The position numbers were made by a program, and so were the translations under genes. DNA of 39,713 nt from Intoshia linei (Eukaryota > Animalia > Orthonectida): NCBI GenBank assembly GCA_001642005.1, contig LWCA01000214.1, forward strand, positions 1-39,713, given 5' to 3'. Below are positions 1 to 11,100 of the stretch, piece after piece. The notes under the pieces were generated by a model, which was not told where the DNA came from, made no database searches, and worked only from the letters and a program-made list of their open reading frames with translations. Each line of letters opens with the position of its first letter. Within the stretch, counting starts at the first letter, position 1.

Positions 1-215
1 GAAGTTTTAATTATAGTTATAAAAACGACATTACTTTGTGAATGACCTAATATGATGTATGAATATAATGAATGGTTCTACAATTAAAAAAAAAAATTCT
101 GATACAACTTATTCCAATTGATACAAATATAAATTTTCAACCTAAAAAACCTACTCATTCCCGGTGAAAAATAAGTTTTAATATATATTCAACCAATATT
201 TTTCAACTATTGAGA

Positions 216-1409
216 TTAAAACTCAGTAAAAATTTTAGTGAAAAATGAAAAATATTGATTGAAAAGTGAAAAATTTAAATATAGGACTATATAATTTGCT
301 GATAAAGAAAATAAACCTAAAAATATTAACACTATCCAATAAGCTGCAAATTGTAATAGTAATGTTGCTTTTTTCTTTGTCATTGATATCCTTCTTAAAT
401 TGAAAGACACTTGAAACGTCATCATAAAATATTTGTATCAATTCCATTATATATTCCATAAATTCTTCATACTTACCTGGATCCTGATAATTAGCTTTTA
501 CCGTACCAGTTAGTACAATTTTTGATTCATCTACAATTATTAATTTTTAATTATAATTACATTTTAATTAGTTTTGATTTAGGTTTTGGGACGAAATTGA
601 CCACTGTGTAATGGTCTATGGTCGCCGGGTAAAAAGCTATTAATATAAAAACTATTACACATAGACGACACTGATAAATCATCAGTGATAACACTGAAAA
701 AAATTTCTGCTTAAAAATAAGATAAAATGCAAATATGAATTATAATTTTTACATTCCTGAAAAAATTTTAAAAATGTATCTCGTAGTTAGAAGATTAATT
801 AATATTTAAATATTAATATTAATCATTGTTATTTTTGTAGTTACATACAACTAAACTAATAAAACATGTATATAAAGGTGTTTTAACTTTTAAATGAATG
901 ACCATTATTGTATAAAATCAAAAAAATATATACATGCGTTATGATTATTTTTTATGATTGATTTCAAATTTTGTCTATTTGTTAATTATTAAAACTTAAT
1001 TTAAAAAAAATTTGGACGATCAATAATTTTGTATCATGGGATTATATTTGCGTTTTCTCGTGTAGATTTTACTGTAAAAAAATATCCCAGAAATTCTTTA
1101 AAAAACCTATGATTAGGGTAAATTTTGCCCTTTTTTTTTAAAGATAATTAAATATTTCATAATTGAAATTTTTATAGTTTTATTAGATTCACCATACTTA
1201 ATTATGTATTAAAAAAATATTAGTTACCCAAAATAGTTCACTTAATGATTTAGAATATGCAATAATCCTTTTTATAAAATAATATTAATATGATATTATT
1301 ACGGTAACTATGAGACCCATTTCTCTCTATCTTTCAGAATATACATTTTACAATTCGGTCCATCATTTAAAAATAAAATCTTTTTAATTTTTTAAAAAAT
1401 TTTTTAAAA
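216..1409 (-). pseudogene. Unresolved run of exon-like segments separated by 30-35 nt GT-AG mini-intron-like gaps; decayed gene or divergent 3' part of EXOC2
   Basis: Minus-strand GT..AG gaps at about 1302-1268, 1227-1197 and 1106-1071 flank exon-like pieces (IIAYSKSLSELFW; ESKIVLTGTVKANYQDPGKYEEFMEYIMELIQIFYDDVSSVFQ). Every join I tried hits in-frame stops. Confidence 0.25.
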
Positions 1410-1469
1410 CTGTAAAAATGTCATGTGTAATATTAACACATAAATTGTAAATAAAAATAAAAAACTAAC

Positions 1470-3234
1470 CTTTAGTCGCAGCTTTATTATCAAAAATGGA
1501 AAATTTGACATTAGAATAATTGGAATTATTTCGACTGAGATTATTTTTAGAAACATTGCCATTAGTCAGACTGGATTTATCATTCAAAGCAGACTCTGAA
1601 TTGTGTTTAGTAATCTGACTATCATAATAAAAATAATTTTCACCAATTTTCCACAAATTAATCATATACAATGCTAAAATTTCACAAACACTTTTAAAAT
1701 ATTCATTAGTCTTGGTAAAATGATTATCGTCAACTTTGTAAGTTTCGGCATCATTATACTCGATAAAATCCTGATATTTGTCATTTTCAAATTTAATAAA
1801 TTCAAGATAACCATCAAAATCTTGTTTCAGCTTTAATTTAACAGATTTAGCTAAAGATTCAAAATAAATCCAAGCACAATTATAAGGGTAATTGAGAGAT
1901 TCCAAAACCTTGATTAATTGATAATTTTTATCAAATTTTTGATTTGATGAATCTTGCAATTGAGATATAATGTCTTGACAAAGTTGAATAATTTTTTGTC
2001 TAATAATTTCGAAAACTCTTCGAATAAATTCAACCTTTGAATTTTGAAAAAGGGATGCAGCTCGATTAAAATCTGTAATAACCATATCATAATTTTTATT
2101 TACGATATACTTGTTAATGTTATTAGTCAAATTAAACAAAAATGAATGTCGTTGAATGACATTCAAAGCATTCCAAGTAGACTGTGCCATTTCAGAGCGC
2201 TTTAAAACACTATTAAACATGTCATGCGCCGCATTGCTCGTTTCCTTCAAACTCGATTTTAAATTTTTAATATGTTTCAAGTTAATTAAAGTTTGATTCA
2301 ATTGATGAGAGTCGACTAAGTTTTTCAAAACGTTCAACGATTCCATAAAATGGGATACATGTGATTTAAGAAACATGAAGGGTACCTCAGACTGTTGATC
2401 AATTTCATTGACTAGATTTTTTAAACCAGACTGAAGAGTTTTAAAGTCACATAGAGAATGAGAATTTAAGAGGTAGTATATAGGATCAAATTTTTCACTA
2501 GTAAAACTAGCCGATTTTCTAAACTTTGTCAAAATGTTTTGAACAAATTCGTTTGGACTGTTTTGATCGATATTTAATGGATTTTCATTTTCAATTTCTG
2601 TGGTCGTTGCAATGTTAAAATTGGAATTCATTAAATCGTTTAAATAGATTGATTCATTTAACCAAACACTGGATTCTTCAAAAGGATTGCTACGAATGCT
2701 TTCACATGTAAATTCACATTTAGATACACCCATTCCACCTTTTCTGGTTACAACAATAAAAGTGGCCGTTCCAATTTTACTTCCCATTCTAATTTTCAAT
2801 TCGTTTGGCGAAATCCATGTTGTCCAATAAGTCAAGTCTTGGTCACCAAATAAAACCATGAATATATCATTTTTATCTTCACCCAAATTTTCACCGTCGA
2901 GAGAAATTGTTATACCAGGTATACCATCATTTGGTGTTACTTGTACAATGCTTGGACGGAGATCAATTACTGTTTCAGACATTTTAATAGACTTTTTTGG
3001 TTCTGGAATGATAGTTTTTGTATCTTCTTTTAATTTATTTTTTGTCAAGGTTAAACTCGATTCTTTTTTGTGTTTCATTATTCTTTCGAATGGATTTTTT
3101 ATGTGGATTTTATCTTTTTCTTTTGGTACTTTTTCTAATTTAATCTCACTTCCAAATGGATTTGTAGATGCTGCTTTTTTGACCGATTTCGCTGAATTAA
3201 AAATACCAGCATCTTTATTAAACGGATTCGACAT
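1470..3234 (-). CDS. EXOC2: Exocyst complex component 2 (Sec5), first large coding exon; gene probably continues downstream
   Basis: N-terminal IPT/TIG Ral-binding domain (PSIVQVTPNDGIPGITISLDGENLG...GKMGVSKCEF-like region), then Sec5 motifs NPFEESSVWLNE, SEKFDPIYYLLNSH and NALNVIQRHSFLFNL. The ORF ends at a strong donor AAG|GTTAGT (intron would start at 1469). Confidence 0.9.
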
Positions 3235-3499
3235 TCGCTTTATTTTTTTAAATTAGATTAAGAATAAAATTTTTATAATCTGAAATTAACTTTAGTTAAT
3301 TCAAATATGGATGCAATTTTTGTAATTAAAATTTTTGGGGGGATATTTAAACATTTAGTCATGATTTTTATATTTGCATCTTAACTTGTGTTTATTTATA
3401 ATGTTTTAATCTTATCTAAAATTTAGATAATATGTTTAGTATTGAACAATGTACATCTCTTATATAAATGTTGATACTTATGGTCATTTTTTAAATTAT

Positions 3500-4460
3500 T
3501 TTTAATAGGCTTTTAAGTGGATTTTTTGACACAATTTTAAAAAATTCAATTTTGAGGTTATTTTGTTATGCAATTTTAAAAAAAATGGGTTTTCGTTGTC
3601 ATTTTTCTGGTTTTTTTATAAATTTTTTTTCGAATTTTTAAAAAAATTCCATCTTCCTTACTTATATAACATGCTATGCAATATTTGTTTGTGTGTGTTA
3701 CCGTTTATTTCAATAACTATCAGTCTTAGAATTTTATAAATCCACATTTCAATTACAGTTTTTTCCGGGGTGTTAGCAAAATAAATTTCAACCTTCCAAA
3801 CTCACATCTTACGGGTTAAAAAGCCCAATTGTCCTTTTTTTTGAAAATCAAACGAAGTCGAGAATTCAAAAAAAATATATATTCTGATATATAGAAGAAG
3901 GAATAATTCAGTTTAAAGTAAAAAGTAATGTGATATGACGGTTCCATCTGAAAAAAGTTTGGAAACCACTCTTTTAAAGATTGATAATAGTGAATAGTAG
4001 GATTTTTAAGTTAGATTTTCAACGTAAATTTGTTTTTTTGGTAGAATCAAAATGTGCCCTCATCAGATCTAAGTGATGTTTGTACGTAGTACATAACAGT
4101 CAACCTAGTCAAGATATCTTTTCAATTAATTTTAACAATCATTATTAAGTTATGGGGTAATTTTAGCCTAATTTTAAAAAATTTGTTTTGAGATTATTTT
4201 TTTATGAAATTTAAGATAAAATAGGTTTTTGGAATATTTAGCCAAATTTTAAAAAATACCTTTTTTTAAGTTGTTTTTATTATCAAATCCAAAAAAATCT
4301 GTTTTTAAAGTTAATTTTTTATGTAATTTAAAAAAAATGGTTAACCTTGATATGTTTTGGGATAGTTATCAAATTTTTTGACCTTTTTTGAATTTTTAAA
4401 AAAAATTTTAGAAAGTTGTTATGGAATTTTTATCAAATTTTAAAAAATATCTTTTGAGGC
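3500..4460. repeat. Degenerate AT-rich tandem array of roughly 38-nt units (e.g. caattttaaaaaa...ttttgaggttatttt), interrupted by the Helitron
   Basis: Related units recur near 3530, 3570, 4170, 4243, 4285 and 4434. Confidence 0.4.
3652..4108 (+). mobile_element. Non-autonomous Helitron-like element
   Basis: Begins A|TC (3651|3652) followed by TACTTATATAA and a TTTGTTTGTGTGTG microsatellite. Ends with a hairpin (about 4077-4099) then CTAG|T (4105-4109). Positions 3900-4108 recur inverted at 20565-20774, and homology ends at CTAG-T. Confidence 0.6.
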
Positions 4461-5107
4461 AATCCGTTAAACCTATAAAATATTTTTTTACTATGTAAAT
4501 TGGCCTTGATGATTGATGAAAAATAATAAAAACTCTGTGCAAATAAAGTAAAACTGAGTAAATAAAAGTAGCAGAAGAATTGTGTCATAAAATGAGAATA
4601 TTTAATTGCAACTATGAATAAAAATTAGTAACTTTCAAGCTTAACTGATAGGCTAAAGTTTTCACAAGTAAATTAAAAAATCAATTAAAACCAGACTTTA
4701 TGACTCAAATTAAAAACTGACACAACAAATGTATATAAATTGCTATAGAATTTTAGTAAATATTACAGAAAAGAACAGAAATACATTTATCAATTTATGA
4801 ATTCATAATCAAAAAATGGCGCAAAATAATTAACGATAAATTGTGACAGTGGATACCAGACAATATTGTAAATAATTGTGCGATAATTTTATTTGTTGAA
4901 ATTACTTCCAAATTTTAAAGTTTTTACTAGAACGTAAATATAATCTTGGTATAATTTTATATCCATCTAAAATATGAAAATAATTGTTTTATCTTTATAT
5001 TTTGATAAATAAATTTTTAAAAGAAACTTTTTTTGTTTTTTTTTTAATTGGAAACTAACTAATCGTATTTATTTATATAACATATTAATATTTTTTGTAG
5101 ATTTAAC

Positions 5108-8100
5108 ATGAGTGAAGAGGAAGATACTTCATGGATGAAACTTAGCGTTTACGATAAATGCTGCCACAAGGTTTTTAAACTTTTGAATAAAAATGTAGTT
5201 TGATACGATGGTTAATGTTTACTTAAATAATCTTTTCCATCATTGCGTTGCCGTTCATTATTGAGATAATTACTATTAATTAATGTATTTACATTATAGG
5301 TAGGGCTATAAGGGAATTTTTGGTTATTTACTAAGTAATTTTTCAAAATTATGGAAAATTATTTTTCAATATAAATATTTTTAAGATGTGATATTTTACA
5401 CAATTTTCTATAAGGTGAGCGATATCGCAAAGGAAGTTGGAAATACTAATTAACTGTTTAAATTTAGCTGTGGAAGGCTCGTGTTGATGGATATGAAAAA
5501 ATTTTTAAAGTTTTTGATTATGCGGATAATGATGATATCCCTGAATTTAAAACGTATTCACCAATTATTAAAAATTTTGTTGTTGAAACCAATCCAAGTG
5601 CTCTTGATAAAGGCCTCGATGCTGCTTTAGCCTACATAACCAATGCTAAAATTGCCAACAAGTACATTTTATATTCTTATCATTATATATTATAATGCTA
5701 AAAAATTTAAATTTATACCATACAGAGCCATCTTTAGCCACTTTGTGACCCTTGGCTAAGAAAAAATATTGGAAAAGGGGAATTTTCACCTAAAGGGTTG
5801 GTAAAATTGGATTTTTTATTTTGTAGTTTGATTAAGTAGATTTTTCAAGAAAATAACGGTAAAAGTTGATTTTTCCTTGAAGTTTTAAAAATGGTATTTT
5901 TTATTAAATATTATTAGATTTTATTAAAAGTGTAATTCTTGCAATACAAATGATAGGTAAAGTAGATGTCGCCTAGACTTAGGGATAAATTCCCAATATC
6001 TAGCAACTCTGACAGAGTTACTCTAATAAATATTAAAAATTCTCCTATAAAAATAAACAAAAGTTGATCAATTTTTTTTTATATTTTAGTAGAATCTCAC
6101 GAACCCTTAGGGATCCGGGACCCAAACCGAGAACCACTGTTTTAATCTAAGATTCTTAGATCACATTAACGTTGGAATTACTAACGTCCGAAAAAAATTA
6201 AAATTTTAGAATTATTTTTTTATATACTTTATTTTGTTAATTTAAGTTTATCTTTATATTTTAATTAAATAGCTTCATTTTAATCATGGAATTCGCGGTA
6301 ATATTGAACCGCTAATTTCGATCTCGTAGCTATTTTGGTTTTAATTTACTTTTTTAGAATAGCACCAAGTGTGCTAGATGGAATTATTAAAAAATGTCTT
6401 ACCGGAAAACCTAAAATTAAAGAAAAATGTATCAATATTTTTATGATGGTTGTAGAAATTGAACAAGCTGATTTGGTTGTAGTAATATTTTATTTTTTTA
6501 TCTGAATTATACATTTTATGTCATTTTGTTTGTATGGTTTGGATAATTTCTTTAATTGAATACAGGGAAGTTTATACTCTACTTTAATCTTTTTGATGGT
6601 TAGAAAATCAAATTTAAATTGTGTTTTTACCTTGCATAAAAATCTTACATCATTTTAATTTCAGCATTTCATTATTTATATTTAATCAATTTTGGTCAAT
6701 TCAGTTAATGTAAATTTTTTTAAAAAACACCAAATGTCAAGTTTTATTGTTTTGACCTTTTCAGAGATGTGAAATTATTGGGATTTTTTTTAAAAATTAT
6801 TACATACTGTATATTTCTAATTTTTTTATTTAAATTTTACTCAAATTACAAAATCAACTAAAGTATTTTGCAAATTAGGTGGGTATAATACAGTGGTTCC
6901 CGATCGGGTCCTTAACCCTTCGGGTCCATGGGATTAAAATCAAATGAACAAAAATTTTTATTAACTTTGTTTATTTTTAATATATATAAGAGTAACTCTG
7001 TCAGAGTTGCTAGATATTGGGAATTTATCCTAAAGCATAGACGATCGCTACATTATTATTTAAAAAATCGAATTTTTATCCCACCATTAATAAAAAATAT
7101 TATTTCAAACTCTCAGGGAAAAATCGAATTTTACCAATATTATTTTGAAAATGCACTTAATCAAACCTCAAAATTAAAACTACAATTTTACCAACCCTTA
7201 AGGTTTAAAGTAAAATCCCTTTTTCCAGTATTTTTTTCAAATATTATGAGAAAAACTTTTTAAAAAACCGTAAAATAATAATTCAATTTTACCAACCCTT
7301 AAGGGAAAAATCCTTTTTTCAATGTGTAAATTTTAAATTTTACTTAAAATTATACCATTTATAAATGTTATTTGTTCAGGGATGTAAATTTGATTTAAAA
7401 TTTTTAGAAAAAATTATTGGAATGTATGGATAACAAACAACCAAAAATTATTTCTGGTGCACTTCAATTCATTATTGCAGTTGTCCAGTATGATTTTATT
7501 TTATATTGACCCAACTTTGGTGATTTTCATAAATTTTCATAAAATAAGCTTATCATATCTTTTATTGAACTGTTGTGGTTGTGATAGAAAATTGACCCAA
7601 AAAATAATTTATCAAATATGAAATATGGATAATAGTAAACCAGATCGCAAGAAGGTACATGTGATCCTTGGACTCCAGAGCATAACCTATCTTATCACGA
7701 ATCTCATTCTAGGGCAGTTTCTTAAACAGGGTTTAAAAAAACTATTTTTATTTTTTACTTTATCGATCAAATAAGTGAATTATTTAAATATTAAATCAAT
7801 TTAAATCTTATCAACTACAGCTTCTATGTTAATTTTTACCATTTATTGATGTTATTGATTATGTTCGATATTAATAGGGTGGTTTTTAAAAATTTCAATA
7901 AAATACGATTTTTACGTTGAATTTTAAGGTATCATTTTTTTATTTTTTACAGGAGGAGTAAATTTAAAAAAGGTTAATAAACGCTGATCTAAGGTAAGGA
8001 TTCAGCAAAATTTTTGTAATACTAAATTAAAATTTTGTTTATTTCATCAATGTTCTCTAATTTGGTTATATAGCCAAATTCCAACATTAGCAAATTAGAT

Positions 8101-11100
8101 TGAAATTACTGATATAAAAACTTTCCTTTGAAATTCTATAATTTAGCTATATTTTTATTTTAGATCATTTGGAACAATTATAATTAATGTGAAACCATTT
8201 TTAAAGAAAATTGAAAAGTTATTAGATAATAAAGATAAAACTGTACGCGAAAATACAAAAACACTAGTCATTGAATGCACTCGTTGGCTTGGCACTGCTA
8301 CAATTAAACCTTTAATTGCATCCTTAAAACCAGTGGTAGTTACAGAGTTTGAAAAAGAATTTGAAAAAAACTCTAATAAAAAAGCAAAACCTACTCGCTA
8401 CATTCGTTCTGAAATGGAAAAAAGAAAAAACAGTGAAAATCTTGATGAAGATGAAGCTGACGATATTGAAAACGATGATGACGAAGACGAAAGTCCTACC
8501 ACAGTAATTGATACATTTGAATTATTACCCTCTGTTGATATACTTTCAAAATTACCAAAAAATTTTTTCGCCGAACTTGAATCAAAAAATTGGAAAGAAC
8601 GTCAAACTCAATTGCAACTATTGGAATCTTTATTAAAAGACGTGGCGAAAATTGACCAAGACGCCGATTATAAAGAATTATTTTCTGCATTAAAACTAGT
8701 ATTAGAAAAGGAAAAGACTGTGGCTTTATTCATTCTATCGTCAAAAATATTAAAGTCTATGGGGGTTTGTTTGAAGACAAACATCCAACAACACTCTGTG
8801 GATATTATTCAATTAGCATTGTTGAGATTAAAAGAAAAAAAGTTTACTATTGTGAACGCCATGACAGAGTGTTTGGATGAGCATTACAAGCATGTCCAAT
8901 TAGAAGCAATTTTTAACATATTGATTGAGAGTTTGTCTAATAAATCGACTAATGTACGTATTGAAACATTGAGATTTATGATTAGAATAATGCCGATTAC
9001 ACCTTTGTCTAGTTATCCTAAAAAACTTATTAAGGACTTGATTGTTCCGTTAATGAAATGTTTAAATGACAGTCTTGGGGATATTAGAGATTTGACTATG
9101 CAATCTCTTGGTATCTTAATAAAAATACACGGCGAAAAAGTTATAAACAAATATATTGACGGTGTTGATAAAATTAAACGTGCTAAAATAGATGAATTTG
9201 CTAAAAATTGTCAATTGATTAGTTCCAAAAAAAATAAACCTAAAGACAACGCGAATGAACCAAAAAAAGAGAAAGAAAAAGGAAAGACGAAGGAAACAAA
9301 AACAGTTAAAGAAAAGCCAAATAAGAAAAACGCCAATAATGACAAAAAACCAAAATTTAAAAAAGCTTCACCAAATACTAAAAAACCTAACAAAACCAAT
9401 AAAAATAATGAAAAGGAATTACCTACAGAAAATTTAATTACCGAAGATGCTGCTTTGGAATTACTCAGCGATATTTTAAAGGAAAACATTGCAGAAACAA
9501 TTACTAATAAGCAATGGAAAACTCGACTTGAATGTTACCAAAAAATTCTTGCCACAATTGATAATCTCCACATATGCGAACAAAGTATACCCTCTATTGC
9601 TATACTAGTAATCATGTCACAGAAACCTGGTTTCAAAGATTCAAATATATCAGTATTAAAATGTAAATATGATGTTTTAAAAAAATTGTCCGAAACTGCC
9701 AAATGTACAAAAACCCTTTTTGATTTGTGTATTTCGCCAATTGTTGATAAAATCGGTGATACCAAAGTGGGACCAACAACCAAACAAACTTTGAATGCTT
9801 TTGCAGAAAGATTAAGTCTTCAGTATACACTGGAATTGCTTTGTATGCATTCCATTAATGTTAAAAATCCTAAAACTAACACTGAATCTTTAAATTGGAT
9901 TATTTCTGCTGTCGATGCGTTTGGTGGAAAAAAAATTAGTTTAAAGGTTATAATTGGATTTATTAAAATTAATTTATCATCTAAAACTCCAGAACATCGC
10001 AAAGCAGCTTCGTCTCTCATTGCGAAACTAGTTCAACATGTTGGGAATAACGTTAGGAATTTAATTGCCGATGAGCCGGTAACAGTTTTGAAAATTATTG
10101 ATGAATATATTGAAAAATTAAAGGGGTGTAATGTCCCTGAACCCACTTTAGGATTGACTAAAAATGAACCAAAGAGAGCCGGTAAAAGTAAATCTAATCA
10201 TGTTGAATCTGGTCAAATTGAAGAATCGGGCCAGGAAAATAGTTCTGAGAATGAAAATGATGATGAAAATGAAGACGCTTTGGATTCTCTTATTCCTAGG
10301 GTTAATATTAGTGATAAAATTAATGATTCAATTTTTAATGAAATGGACAATTCTCTATGGAAAGTTCGGAGTGAGGCGGTTAAGACTGTATTGGAAATTT
10401 TAGATACAGCTAAATTTATTGAGGATGATATTGGTGGATTACCGATTGCATTGAGTCGTCGATTAGGTGATTCGAATAAAATTATTATTGGGATTACTTT
10501 AGAAATTATCAAAAAACTTGCTGTATCAATAGGTCCAAACGTTTCCCGTTATATTGGTGACCTTTGGCCAGGTGTAATGGCTTCACTAAGTGATAGTAAA
10601 ACAAGCGTTAGAAGTAATGCTTTGGCAGCAATGGATGAATGGCTTCTGAAATGTAAATTATTTCCTTTGTTGGCAGATGAGATGGTACCGACGGTATTAT
10701 CTAAGGAGAATCCCGTTTTAAGAGAAAATTTGTTGGTATGGTTGACTAAAGCTTTTAATAATTTAAAATCAAATAAAAAATTACCTCCTTCTGATATGAA
10801 ACCATTAGTTGAGTGTGTTTTCGTTACTATATTTGATAGAAACGTAAAAGTGCGATCCGCGGCGAATGAATTTCTGAAGGTACTTCAGGGGCATACCAGT
10901 TATGGATATATAATAAAATTGACAGAAAAACATAAAGAGCGTGATTTTCTAACAACTATGGTCGGTAAGCACAGAGAAGACTTGGCTACAACTGCATCTT
11001 TAGTTAAAAAAGAAAAAGTGAAACCAAAAAAAAACACCATTGTACAGGAAAACGACATTACTGATGATGAAATTTGCAAAGAAAAGGTGAAACCCCGCAG

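Noticed and set aside
798-817. 20-bp AT-only palindrome
   Set aside because: Expected by chance at this AT content.
2858-3256. Plus-strand 132-aa ORF (likewise 18388-18750)
   Set aside because: Antisense shadows of EXOC2 and ESF1.
4813-4826. YY1/E2F-like AAAATGGCGCAAAA upstream of CKAP5
   Set aside because: Short motif with similar copies inside introns; not enough to call a promoter.
5091-5110. Acceptor just before the ATG as a possible trans-splice site (also 31740)
   Set aside because: Cis donors exist upstream (5065, 31690) and give normal 36- and 51-nt introns.
6928-7263. 111-aa ORF
   Set aside because: Lies entirely inside an intronic repeat copy and has no recognisable domain.
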